This document shows, one piece after another, positions 26,992 to 34,700 of a stretch of 35,735 nt of DNA. The position numbers were made by a program, and so were the translations under genes. The number at the start of each line of letters is the position of its first letter. Within the stretch, counting starts at the first letter, position 1. The notes under the pieces are model-generated. The model worked only from the letters and a program-made list of their open reading frames with translations, was not told the DNA's origin and searched no databases. Source of the DNA: a virus (lineage: Duplodnaviria > Caudoviricetes); IMG/VR virus record IMGVR_UViG_3300044695_003817, positions 1-35,735 of that record. One strand, written 5' to 3'.

Positions 26992-27227
26992 TAGATAAGC
27001 TGCAACATATCGCTATGGGCGCTGGCGCGTGCTTGGCGTTGTGGATTTTGCACAGTCTGCCATTAGGGCAGGCGTTGTTTCTTGGCTGCGCCGCCTTCGG
27101 CGTGTTTTACGAGTGGCAACAGTGGTATCGCAAAGAGGGTACGCCTGACCCGTTGGACGCGCTGGCTACCACGCTGCCAGGACTAATCGCATACGCCGCT
27201 CTGGAGGTGCATAAATGGACCCGCTAA
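26988..27227 (+). CDS. Small membrane protein
   Basis: DKLQH...E..Q...D.LAT with TM segments. Confidence 0.6.
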   Translation: MIDKLQHIAMGAGACLALWILHSLPLGQALFLGCAAFGVFYEWQQWYRKEGTPDPLDALATTLPGLIAYAALEVHKWTR

Positions 27228-27583
27228 CCATCCTTGCTGCCCTTGGCCCTCTGGCCGTCGACCTGGGCAAGTCGCTTATTGGTCGCTTCATTCAGACCGA
27301 TCAATACAAGCCCGTTAACGTTGACGAGTACGTCAAGATGCGTCAGCTTGATCTAGACATGTTTAAGGCCATGAACGAGGCCGGTGGGGCCAACCCCTCA
27401 TACCCGTGGGTTGAAGCCGCTGTGAGGCTTATGCGGCCCGCTGTGGCCCTTGTTGTGCTGAGCACTTGGGCATCGCTCAAACTGTCGGGCCAGCCGAGCG
27501 ACGCTGTAGACAACTTTGCTGCGGCTGTGGGCTTCTACCTTTTTGGGGATCGGACGCTGTTCTACAGCCGCAAGGCGAAGTAA
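27215..27583 (+). CDS. Holin-like protein (3TM-holin type)
   Basis: LMRP ... GFYLFGDRT pattern; after the endolysin. Confidence 0.6.
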   Translation: MDPLTILAALGPLAVDLGKSLIGRFIQTDQYKPVNVDEYVKMRQLDLDMFKAMNEAGGANPSYPWVEAAVRLMRPAVALVVLSTWASLKLSGQPSDAVDNFAAAVGFYLFGDRTLFYSRKAK

Positions 27584-27584
27584 G

Positions 27585-27764
27585 CTACTTCCCAAAGTTG
27601 ATACCGGCTATCAACGCAACCAACAGGCAGATAAGCCCAACCAGCACCATTGCTAACTGGTCGCTAAATTTGTCGTCACGGCAAGCGCAAGGTTTGCCAT
27701 CAATGGTGAAGCCGGTGTTGTTGCACAGACGGCAACGGGATTCCCAATTGTGTGGATCGCTCAT
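27585..27764 (-). CDS. Small Cys-containing membrane protein (59 aa)
   Basis: GAGG RBS; CLC...CAC then a TM; just under the ORF cutoff. Confidence 0.5.
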   Translation of the reverse strand: MSDPHNWESRCRLCNNTGFTIDGKPCACRDDKFSDQLAMVLVGLICLLVALIAGINFGK

Positions 27765-27967
27765 TTTGTCAGTACCTCTCTGTAAGCGTTAATTGCAGTC
27801 TTCAGGTCTTGGCGCAGGGTCTGGATTTCGTATTCGTGTTCCTTGATTTGTAGGAACATCTCTGTCGCCACTTGTGCTAGGTTTTTGTGGTGCCAGCTTG
27901 CGAAGTCTGGAACCTCCGTGAGTGTTTTTGGGGATGGGTCGTTCTTCAGTGTGGAAAGCATGCTCAT
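27761..27967 (-). CDS. Hypothetical coiled-coil protein
   Basis: PDFASW...DLKTAINAYR; start uncertain. Confidence 0.55.
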   Translation of the reverse strand: MSMLSTLKNDPSPKTLTEVPDFASWHHKNLAQVATEMFLQIKEHEYEIQTLRQDLKTAINAYREVLTK

Positions 27968-28055
27968 TGGCGCACATCCTGTATCGTTTGATTATTCCGT
28001 TTGTTGTTCTTGTCGCTTTCACTGTTGACCACTTTCCGCATATTGGGCAGTTCAT
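27789..28055 (-). CDS. Zn-ribbon protein (NrdR-N/Ogr-Delta-like)
   Basis: MNCPICG...V..TR...R.R.CANEH.F.T.E. Confidence 0.65.
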   Translation of the reverse strand: MNCPICGKWSTVKATRTTNGIIKRYRMCANEHAFHTEERPIPKNTHGGSRLRKLAPQKPSTSGDRDVPTNQGTRIRNPDPAPRPEDCN

Positions 28056-28149
28056 TAGTTGGTTTCCATCCAAATTTTCTCCATGTTGCTTTGATGTCTG
28101 TAGCCGCTGCGGGCACATACTTAAAACTTGCGTCTAGTAAAGATTTCAT
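27964..28149 (-). CDS. Hypothetical protein
   Basis: FKYVPAAATDI..TWRKFGW.P pattern. Confidence 0.55.
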   Translation of the reverse strand: MKSLLDASFKYVPAAATDIKATWRKFGWKPTNELPNMRKVVNSESDKNNKRNNQTIQDVRQ

Positions 28150-28254
28150 TTTTTAACCTGTAAAGCATTTACATTCTTAACCATGTGACCAGCACCTCCG
28201 AAAAAAGCCAGCACCAAACAACGAAAGCAATGGAAGCAGCGATGATTTCGCTAT

Positions 28255-28533
28255 TCATTCCTCCCCCCTTGCTTGGATAGCGGCGTCGTAGTCAGCCTGC
28301 GTCTTGAACCATGTTGCCGCGCTCATTTGCAGGATTGCCTCGCGCTCGGCTGCGATCTGCTGGCGCATATGGCCGACAGTCACCATGCCTTCGGCGTGCA
28401 TTCTTTTGGCTTGCGCGTCTTCGACAAGGGCGGCAAAGCGTTCAAGTTGAGTCATAACCCCTGGATGCGGTTCAGCAAGAAAAGCATCCGCAATTCCAGC
28501 TTCCCGCGCCATGCGGATAATGTCTTCTTTCAT
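28255..28533 (-). CDS. Hypothetical early protein
   Basis: AAGGAG RBS; DIIRMAREAG...LERFAALV. Confidence 0.7.
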   Translation of the reverse strand: MKEDIIRMAREAGIADAFLAEPHPGVMTQLERFAALVEDAQAKRMHAEGMVTVGHMRQQIAAEREAILQMSAATWFKTQADYDAAIQARGEE

Positions 28534-28709
28534 GCTTGCTCCTTTAAACATCTAATCTCGTCTCGCAGCTCCTTCACGATCTGGATGAGGCCAATAATCA
28601 TGGCTCCTTTAATGTCATCAGTGATGCCAATAACTTTGATCCCGCGATCTCTGGCTTCTATTGCAAGTTCTTTGCCGGGAAAATACGGAAGGTCGGATGG
28701 TTTTGTCAT
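28530..28709 (-). CDS. Hypothetical protein (59 aa)
   Basis: ATGA-coupled at both ends. Confidence 0.55.
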   Translation of the reverse strand: MTKPSDLPYFPGKELAIEARDRGIKVIGITDDIKGAMIIGLIQIVKELRDEIRCLKEQA

Positions 28710-28912
28710 GCTTCCCCTTTTGCCGCAGCGATGGCGGCTTTGGTTTTGACGATCGCATCTGCCAAATCATAAATTTGCTGCACTTGCTGTAAATTTTCAA
28801 AATGCCCGCCGCATGACTGGCACGTTAGATTGACAAATCGGCCACCGCAAATAGGGCAGTTTCCAGCTGCTACAAGTTGGCCTTGCGCGTATACGGCACT
28901 AGTCTTGCTCAT
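28706..28912 (-). CDS. Small Zn-finger protein
   Basis: CPICG..CQSCG; GGAG RBS. Confidence 0.6.
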   Translation of the reverse strand: MSKTSAVYAQGQLVAAGNCPICGGRFVNLTCQSCGGHFENLQQVQQIYDLADAIVKTKAAIAAAKGEA

Positions 28913-29145
28913 GTGTTCTTCTCCTTGAGTTTGTCGGCGCGAGATTGGCTGTAAATTCTTGGGATCAAGTCAAACCACTGTTGTCCGATTTTTTGGTACA
29001 AAACGTCGGCACGCTTTAGAACGTCGCTGAGATCATCGGCAGGCTGACGGCGCAGTTCGGCTACGGCAGGCTCAATAACGTATGCGTTTAACGCTACGTC
29101 TTCTAACTTATCAGCCAGTCTCATAGCGTCGGTTTGTTTGCTCAT
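28909..29145 (-). CDS. Hypothetical early protein
   Basis: RLAD.L...AELRR; coupled; GGAGG RBS. Confidence 0.6.
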   Translation of the reverse strand: MSKQTDAMRLADKLEDVALNAYVIEPAVAELRRQPADDLSDVLKRADVLYQKIGQQWFDLIPRIYSQSRADKLKEKNT

Positions 29146-29345
29146 TGCGTCCTCCAACATCTGATGGTGCCATCAGGCATTTGACGTGTAATGAACCGCA
29201 TTCCGTGCTTGTCACCGTAGCGCCTCGCGGCAACAGATGCGGTATGGCGCTTGGTCGTTATGACAAAGCTGTCGCCAACTTCCATTTTTGAAAAAGGGAA
29301 GCGGTTAGGGATAGGTACTCCCTTGTCAATAGGGGGCTGGTTCAT
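29142..29345 (-). CDS. Small DNA-binding-like protein
   Basis: IDKGVPIP..FPF..MEVGDSF...IRCWR. Confidence 0.7.
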   Translation of the reverse strand: MNQPPIDKGVPIPNRFPFSKMEVGDSFVITTKRHTASVAARRYGDKHGMRFITRQMPDGTIRCWRTQ

Positions 29346-29407
29346 AGTCGTCCTTGCTAGGGTCAAACTTATCAGGCCCAGGCAATTGCCCAGGCCTGTC
29401 CAAAGGA

Positions 29408-29596
29408 TTAGGAAACTTCGGAAACGGCCACATAAGACTGCAAAGCCTCGATGAGTTCCTGCATCTGCTTTTGGTTAAGCTGAGCATTCATAGAACCGCA
29501 AATTGCGTTGATAGACAGCCACACGCCTCCGGCGGAGGGCATTGGCGAGACAAATACTGATTGCTCGCCTGCTCTTACTTGCTTATACGCATTCAT
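29408..29596 (-). CDS. Hypothetical protein
   Basis: GGAG RBS before ATG 29596. Confidence 0.55.
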   Translation of the reverse strand: MNAYKQVRAGEQSVFVSPMPSAGGVWLSINAICGSMNAQLNQKQMQELIEALQSYVAVSEVS

Positions 29597-29597
29597 G

Positions 29598-29804
29598 TCA
29601 ATTCTCCAGTTTGTAAAACCAATTGTTGCCCCTGCGTTTGCAGGAAATGCTGAACCCGTTTTGCCGCAGCTCCGAGATGATTGCACTCACAGCGCAGACA
29701 CGGGCTTTTTGTATGATCTCCAGAGTTGTTAGCTCCGTGTTTTTTCTCAGAACCTTAAGCGTTCTGAGCAGTCTGGGGCTGTTGTTGATGTTCGCGTACC
29801 GCAT
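29598..29804 (-). CDS. Winged HTH protein
   Basis: LTTLEI...ISELRQNGF.I...Y.L. Confidence 0.7.
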   Translation of the reverse strand: MRYANINNSPRLLRTLKVLRKNTELTTLEIIQKARVCAVSAIISELRQNGFSISCKRRGNNWFYKLEN

Positions 29805-29806
29805 GA

Positions 29807-30058
29807 CTAAAAGGGAAGGTCTTCATCAAAATCGGGCTTTGATTGACGCATTGGCCGGGCTTCTTCTTTCTTCGGCTCGTTGATGTACGCCCAGCCATCC
29901 CAGCCGCCCTCTTCTAGCGGAATGCTGTCGATCTTGAGCATCGGGCCGTTCTTCGTGTCAATAATCGAACCGATGCGGGCGTACCGCTTCTTGACCTCGC
30001 CCTGGGCGTTTTTGTACTCGCCAGTAACGCACGAGATTTCTTTAAGAATTTTGCTCAT
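29807..30058 (-). CDS. SSB-like protein
   Basis: GEY...K.Y..IG...KID.IP; acidic tail DFDEDLPF. Confidence 0.7.
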   Translation of the reverse strand: MSKILKEISCVTGEYKNAQGEVKKRYARIGSIIDTKNGPMLKIDSIPLEEGGWDGWAYINEPKKEEARPMRQSKPDFDEDLPF

Positions 30059-30672
30059 ACATCCATCCTTTGTTTAAGAGCTTGCACTTTTTCATCTACC
30101 TCTGCCAAGAACTTTATGACTTCAGTTTCCGCATTTTTTAACCACTCGTCATCAGCATTTACCCTAATAATGACAAGTTGTAACTTTTGCGGGAAGCGCG
30201 AGTCATACACAACGTAATCGCACCACTGCCGGCCAGCACAGCGCATCTGCCACTGCATCTGAGCGTAGTACTTGCCAGCAACCGTTTGCGATAGCAATGC
30301 CTCCAAAAAGGTTGCAGACTCTGGGCACTTGATCTCTACCATGCCATCAGCCCCGACAAGGCCATCAGGAGAGGCGCCAGCCATCTCAATCGTCGGGTGC
30401 AACAGAAACCCCACTTCCTCAACCAGAACGCCCCTGTAAGCCTCGTATGCGGCCCTAGCAAACGGCTCCTGCTCAATGCCCCACTGCATCGCAGCGTTTG
30501 TGTAGCCATCGGCCCTAGTGCCGGTGATACGCTCCAAGACTAGCTGGGTCATGTAGTGACCGCGATCAGCCCCATAGCCCGTTTTTGTCTTGGCAAGAAC
30601 CTTGTGCAAGTTGCTGGCCGTTACTTTGCCCAGGCGCTGCTTGTCCCATTCTTCTGTTCCTTGCTTAATCAT
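30055..30672 (-). CDS. YqaJ/lambda-type exonuclease
   Basis: QGTEEW..R.G.VTAS, ASPDGL, EIKCP, QMQWQM. Confidence 0.92.
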   Translation of the reverse strand: MIKQGTEEWDKQRLGKVTASNLHKVLAKTKTGYGADRGHYMTQLVLERITGTRADGYTNAAMQWGIEQEPFARAAYEAYRGVLVEEVGFLLHPTIEMAGASPDGLVGADGMVEIKCPESATFLEALLSQTVAGKYYAQMQWQMRCAGRQWCDYVVYDSRFPQKLQLVIIRVNADDEWLKNAETEVIKFLAEVDEKVQALKQRMDV

Positions 30673-30890
30673 TCTTGCCCCCTTGCTCTGTCGTACTCGC
30701 TGCCAGATTTTGTAAAAGCAACCGTGCAATACCCGAGTCCAACGGTTGCCAGAAACTCGGACCAACACTTCGGGCAAACCGGATGGTCTCCTTTAGGCGT
30801 TACTGGCGCGGTATGTCCGTCATCGCTGGAATATAGAAACTCGTGCCCACATTTGATGCACTTGTGTGGCTGCGGAAAAGCGTAGCTCAT
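30669..30890 (-). CDS. Small Zn-finger protein
   Basis: CIKCG...CPKC. Confidence 0.6.
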   Translation of the reverse strand: MSYAFPQPHKCIKCGHEFLYSSDDGHTAPVTPKGDHPVCPKCWSEFLATVGLGYCTVAFTKSGSEYDRARGQE

Positions 30891-31165
30891 GCTTGCCCCC
30901 TTGCTCTGATGGCGGCGGCACCCTTGCGCTTCGCTGCTCCGGCTTGCGGCCATGCCGTCCAAGTGTCAGCCTCTGCCTCAAAGGCCTTCGCAGACGCCTC
31001 GCGCTCCATTGCAATAGCCGTGTCGATCATGTTGCGGGAGTTGCGGTACGCTTGCGAATACGGACTGCCATCTCCAGCAATAAACGTATGACAGGGGAGG
31101 CACAACAAACCGACAAAATGGCCTTGATGTGCGTGGTTTTCGCAGTCCTTGACGGCGCACTTCAT
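30887..31165 (-). CDS. Small Cys/His protein
   Basis: CAVKDC..CLPCH; EREA...AAIRARG tail. Confidence 0.6.
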   Translation of the reverse strand: MKCAVKDCENHAHQGHFVGLLCLPCHTFIAGDGSPYSQAYRNSRNMIDTAIAMEREASAKAFEAEADTWTAWPQAGAAKRKGAAAIRARGQA

Positions 31166-31428
31166 GATTCCCTCGCTTTCAGCATGGCGTCGGCGTACTC
31201 GTATGCGCGTTTTGCAGCGTGCTCTGGCGGGATGCTCAGCCAATGCCCCTGCATCGCCTTGGCCGCCACCTCATCGCGCAAGGACTGGGCAATCATCTCG
31301 TCCAGCCAAACGGTGCCGCTGTCCGGAACCTTGAGCTTGATCGCGGCGTATTCGCGCAGGGTCATGCCGTCATTTTGCAAATTGTGCGCTGGCGTTGGAA
31401 ACGCTGGCCCGCCTGTGGTATCGCTCAT
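31162..31428 (-). CDS. Conserved small phage protein
   Basis: GGPAFP..GMTLR..AAKAMQG..AY.YADAML.AR. Confidence 0.75.
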   Translation of the reverse strand: MSDTTGGPAFPTPAHNLQNDGMTLREYAAIKLKVPDSGTVWLDEMIAQSLRDEVAAKAMQGHWLSIPPEHAAKRAYEYADAMLKARES

Positions 31429-31982
31429 GCTTGCTTCTCCTGTTTGGCGCGCGCAACCCTTGCGGCCTTGGCATCAATGACCCGTTTAATCAGGTCTTGA
31501 TGGCCCTGGCAAGCCTCGTATGCCTGTTTGTAGACCGCTTGCAATTCTTCGCCCGTGGTTGTTGCCTCAATAGCTGCCAGGTGGTCTGTAATGTCAGGCT
31601 TTGGCCCCTTGCGAGCCGCTGCATAGCCATCGTCGTCCTCTGGAGCGATGCCGCAAGCCGCCATCAGGCTGTAGCGCCTGGCGTAAGTCAGAGCAGACCC
31701 AAAGCCCTGGGCATCATGCTTTGTGGCTGGGACATGAATTTGCCCGCAAGAAAAAGTCTCGCCGCTTTCGTGAATAAACACCGTTTCGACCAAGACACCA
31801 GTGTCAGACGGGCTAACCCGCTGCGTGAAGAAAATACCGTTTGCTGAAAGCCCATCCATAACCGCCTCAACGCAGGCCGACAGATCGGCGTAGCGTGAGC
31901 GGAAGTGCGGGTTTGTGCTTGTTTTCAGAGCTGGGCCGAAGGCTTTTTGTGCCTTGACCAGTGCGCTTGCTATCTTGTCCAT
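31425..31982 (-). CDS. erf: ERF-family single-strand annealing recombinase
   Basis: NPHF.S.YADL, HESGE, GSALTYARRYSL...GI..EDDDG. Confidence 0.92.
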   Translation of the reverse strand: MDKIASALVKAQKAFGPALKTSTNPHFRSRYADLSACVEAVMDGLSANGIFFTQRVSPSDTGVLVETVFIHESGETFSCGQIHVPATKHDAQGFGSALTYARRYSLMAACGIAPEDDDGYAAARKGPKPDITDHLAAIEATTTGEELQAVYKQAYEACQGHQDLIKRVIDAKAARVARAKQEKQA

Positions 31983-31987
31983 TTTTT

Positions 31988-32070
31988 CTCCTAAAAAGAC
32001 CCCAGCGGGATGCCAGGGCATGCGATGATTGTATAGACCACTAGACAGTGTGGAATAGGGACTTACCCTA
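31988..32070 (-). promoter_or_regulatory. Early promoter cassette copy 2
   Basis: Homologous to 4306-4388; TACAAT at 32028-32033. Confidence 0.65.
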
Positions 32071-32299
32071 TGTTTTTCTGCTTAAGTTTGTCTTCTACGG
32101 CATACATAAGTGGGAGTGTTTGTGCGTAATGTTTTCGCCCAATTTCTGAGCGCTCTTCATGCGTCAGACCAACCCACTCACGCTTGGATGGATACAAATA
32201 AGGCTGCCCCTCGATGCCCCGCAATATTTGCTTGCCAAGGTTGCTATTTTTCTCCACCTCGTTAAAGGCTTCATCTTCTTCAGGTGTCCAATCTGTCAT
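32063..32299 (-). CDS. Hypothetical protein
   Basis: WTPEEDEAF; REWVGLT..E motif. Confidence 0.65.
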   Translation of the reverse strand: MTDWTPEEDEAFNEVEKNSNLGKQILRGIEGQPYLYPSKREWVGLTHEERSEIGRKHYAQTLPLMYAVEDKLKQKNIG

Positions 32300-32874
32300 G
32301 TCTTCTCTCCTGTGATGCCGTGGGTGGCTTCAACTTCAAATGAAAAATACCAAGCAAACAGACGCCCATCATCTTTTCCGCTCAACCACTTATTCCAAGC
32401 CTTGCTCATAAGTTCTTGGCGCTGCTCATCCGTCAGCGGCGCTTGCTGTGCTGCGGGTGGGGTGGTGTAGAGTGGCTTAACTTCAGCGTGATCGCCTTTG
32501 TATCCCGCCATCTTCAGAGCCTCGTCGTACTCTTGAGGTAGGTACAGGTCATGCGCGTTTCGCCCCTCAAACACGGCCCACGCTACCGGCTCCTGCTGTG
32601 CTGGCTGTGCTGGCTGTGCTGCGGGTGGGGTGGTGTACAAAACGTCTGCATATTGCTTTGCCTGCCACCAGTGACCTCTCGGTATGCCGAAATCACCAGG
32701 GTGCGGTTTGCTGCGGTATTCGTGTATGTATCTCTCTGCCGCCTCCTGCTTCTCAGCCGCCTCGATGGCGGCGCTGAGGTCGGCAATGGCCTCATCGGCC
32801 CACGCATGGTCGCAGTGTCCGTGGCGCGCCGCTTTCAGCCCCTCACGGGCCTTTTTCATTGCGGTGATGCTCAT
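32296..32874 (-). CDS. Mosaic Ea22/Eaa-like early protein
   Basis: QEPVAW and a duplicated LYTTPPAAQ motif. Confidence 0.65.
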   Translation of the reverse strand: MSITAMKKAREGLKAARHGHCDHAWADEAIADLSAAIEAAEKQEAAERYIHEYRSKPHPGDFGIPRGHWWQAKQYADVLYTTPPAAQPAQPAQQEPVAWAVFEGRNAHDLYLPQEYDEALKMAGYKGDHAEVKPLYTTPPAAQQAPLTDEQRQELMSKAWNKWLSGKDDGRLFAWYFSFEVEATHGITGEKT

Positions 32875-33218
32875 GTCTTGCTCCTTCCAATTTCAGCCGC
32901 AGCTTTGACGATGGCGCGGCGGGTGGCTGCGTAGGGATCACCGTTAGTAATTTCCTCCGCTAATTGCTCCATGCCTTCTGAAAATGGGTGCTGACCTTCG
33001 GGCACCCAGGAACAGCAGGCGTCTGACGAATCAACCCAAACACTAATGCGCAACTTCACTGCCAGCCGCAGCGCATCGCCGTCGTCAATGAGGGGGTTCC
33101 ACGCTCGCCGCCAAACTGATTTTTCTGCATCCCATACATTGCCATTTTGGGTGTTCAAAAGCCATTCCTCAATCCCAGCCGCCTTCGCAGCGTCTTTCAG
33201 TAATTGCTTGTCGCTCAT
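32871..33218 (-). CDS. Conserved phage protein
   Basis: AAKAAG..WNPL.DDGDALRLAV.L..ATRRAIV.AAAEIG. Confidence 0.75.
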   Translation of the reverse strand: MSDKQLLKDAAKAAGIEEWLLNTQNGNVWDAEKSVWRRAWNPLIDDGDALRLAVKLRISVWVDSSDACCSWVPEGQHPFSEGMEQLAEEITNGDPYAATRRAIVKAAAEIGRSKT

Positions 33219-33448
33219 GTCTTGCTCCTTGCTGGCCACCACTCGGGCCGGTCTGTCCATTCAATATCTGTCTGTCTACTAAATGCCCGTGTAGTTGCGG
33301 CGAGATACACGCCCCACGCGGAAGATTTTTCCTCTGCCGCATTACTCCAACACTCCCCATTCCACCAACGTAGTGAGCCGGCATCTTTTTGTACACTCGC
33401 AGGCCACCAGCCAATTGACGGCGGCGGGCCTTTATGCCACTTGGTCAT
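33215..33448 (-). CDS. Trp-rich hypothetical protein
   Basis: WHKGPPPSIGWW..RWWNG..WS. Confidence 0.65.
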   Translation of the reverse strand: MTKWHKGPPPSIGWWPASVQKDAGSLRWWNGECWSNAAEEKSSAWGVYLAATTRAFSRQTDIEWTDRPEWWPARSKT

Positions 33449-33573
33449 TTTTGTCCCCCCGCTGCCCGCAGTGCAGCGGCCCAGGTTTGAAGAAACCGCG
33501 TCAGGTCTTCTTCTGTCGGCTCTTCAATCGTTGCGCTGATTTCAAGCCACGCACGTTTCATTGCTTCGTTCAT
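33445..33573 (-). CDS. Small hypothetical protein (42 aa)
   Basis: ATGA-coupled at both ends; GGAG RBS. Confidence 0.45.
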   Translation of the reverse strand: MNEAMKRAWLEISATIEEPTEEDLTRFLQTWAAALRAAGGQK

Positions 33574-33800
33574 TTCGCTTCTCCTGTTGCTTTAACGATG
33601 GCAGCGCGAACAACTGCTCGGGTTTCGGCGGTGGCGCGGGGGAGAAGGCCATCGTCTTCCAGCACATATTTCAGCGCCTCCAGCAGTTGCGCGTTCATTG
33701 ATTCCAGGCGGCGCAGTTCGGCTGCCGCTTGTTTGTCCCAAGGGTTGCTGAACGTATCCAACGCATCAGCCAGCCGCTGGGCTTCGGTTTGTTGGCTCAT
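33570..33800 (-). CDS. Hypothetical early protein
   Basis: RLADAL..AAAELRRL..LLEAL..AAIVKATG. Confidence 0.65.
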   Translation of the reverse strand: MSQQTEAQRLADALDTFSNPWDKQAAAELRRLESMNAQLLEALKYVLEDDGLLPRATAETRAVVRAAIVKATGEAK

Positions 33801-34099
33801 TTGGTTTTTCCTGTTGCTTTAACGATGGCGGCAACTGCTTGTTGCAGAGCGAACGGGTCGATGCTGTTACGGTTGGCGCGTTCAAACAAAATTTGCAGCG
33901 CCTCCAGCAACTCAGGCGCGGCGGCGATCAAGCGGGCATTTGCTAGTGCTTCTGCAAGCTGCTGCGGGTCGCTGCGTTCAAAACCGCCGATAGCGGCGTA
34001 ACGACTTGCGCCGTACCTTGTTTTTTTTGGCGACTCGGTGCGAACTACTATGCCGTGGTCTGACTGCACGATCTCCCAAGGCCCAGGTGTGTGTTTCAT
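33797..34099 (-). CDS. Conserved phage protein (KHTPGPW family)
   Basis: MKHTPGPW...ANARLIAAAPELLEAL. Confidence 0.75.
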   Translation of the reverse strand: MKHTPGPWEIVQSDHGIVVRTESPKKTRYGASRYAAIGGFERSDPQQLAEALANARLIAAAPELLEALQILFERANRNSIDPFALQQAVAAIVKATGKTK

Positions 34100-34193
34100 T
34101 TGCTGTCCCCTTCTGGATACGGGTAAGCCAGCTCAAAAAGCCTGGCAACGGTCAGCAATTGCTTAAACTGCGCTTCGGTTACTAAATATCTAT

Positions 34194-34412
34194 TCATTTC
34201 TTTTTTCCTTTCCCTTTTTTAGTGTCTTGCCGAACCAGCGGTTCATGAGGGTCGCTGTAGTCAATCAAGTATTCGCACCCGTTGTACGTTATGCCGCCGT
34301 AATGGCGTGCGATGGAAAGTTGGCTGTCGAGCCAGCCATAGATGCGCTCTGGTGCATCATTGGGCCGCAGACTGGGCGGGTCTGTCAGACTGAAACCTGT
34401 GTAAGACATCAT
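34194..34412 (-). CDS. Hypothetical protein, first gene of the leftward operon
   Basis: AGGAG RBS; SQLSIARHYGGI. Confidence 0.65.
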   Translation of the reverse strand: MMSYTGFSLTDPPSLRPNDAPERIYGWLDSQLSIARHYGGITYNGCEYLIDYSDPHEPLVRQDTKKGKGKKK

Positions 34413-34414
34413 TA

Positions 34415-34492
34415 CTCCTGGTTAGACCGCAACATTGCGGCATGGGTAGACTGTACAGCCACCTAAACACTTGCACACTAGGGAAAACCCCA
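34415..34492 (-). promoter_or_regulatory. Early promoter cassette copy 3 (pL-like)
   Basis: TACAGT -10, GTACAG-N4-CTAAAC, TAGGGAAAACCCCA. Confidence 0.55.
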
Positions 34493-34495
34493 ATG

Positions 34496-34523
34496 TTCAC
34501 TAAACTTGACTTTGATCTAGAAT
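34496..34523 (+). promoter_or_regulatory. pR-like promoter TTCACT-16-TAGAAT
   Basis: -10 ends 7 nt before the cro ATG; no SD sequence. Confidence 0.5.
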
Positions 34524-34529
34524 GCACCC

Positions 34530-34700
34530 ATGACGAAATACGAGGCGATCATTCTTGCAGGCTCCCAGGCTCGGTTAGCCCGGCTACTGGGCATCAGCAG
34601 GGGTGCGGTGCATCAGTGGCAGACCATCCCACAGGGCAGGCTGTGGCAGTTGCGGTGCATCAAGCCAGAGTGGTTTGCTAACCTCGAAAAAGAGGACTAA
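34530..34700 (+). CDS. cro: Cro-like HTH regulator (56 aa)
   Basis: MTKYEAIILAGSQARLARLLGISRGAVHQW..IP..R.WQL; divergent position; below the ORF cutoff. Confidence 0.85.
   Translation: MTKYEAIILAGSQARLARLLGISRGAVHQWQTIPQGRLWQLRCIKPEWFANLEKED

Noticed and set aside
32445-32637. 25-bp repeat in the Ea22-like gene as a regulatory element
   Set aside because: Explained by the duplicated YTTPPAAQ protein motif common in these mosaic genes
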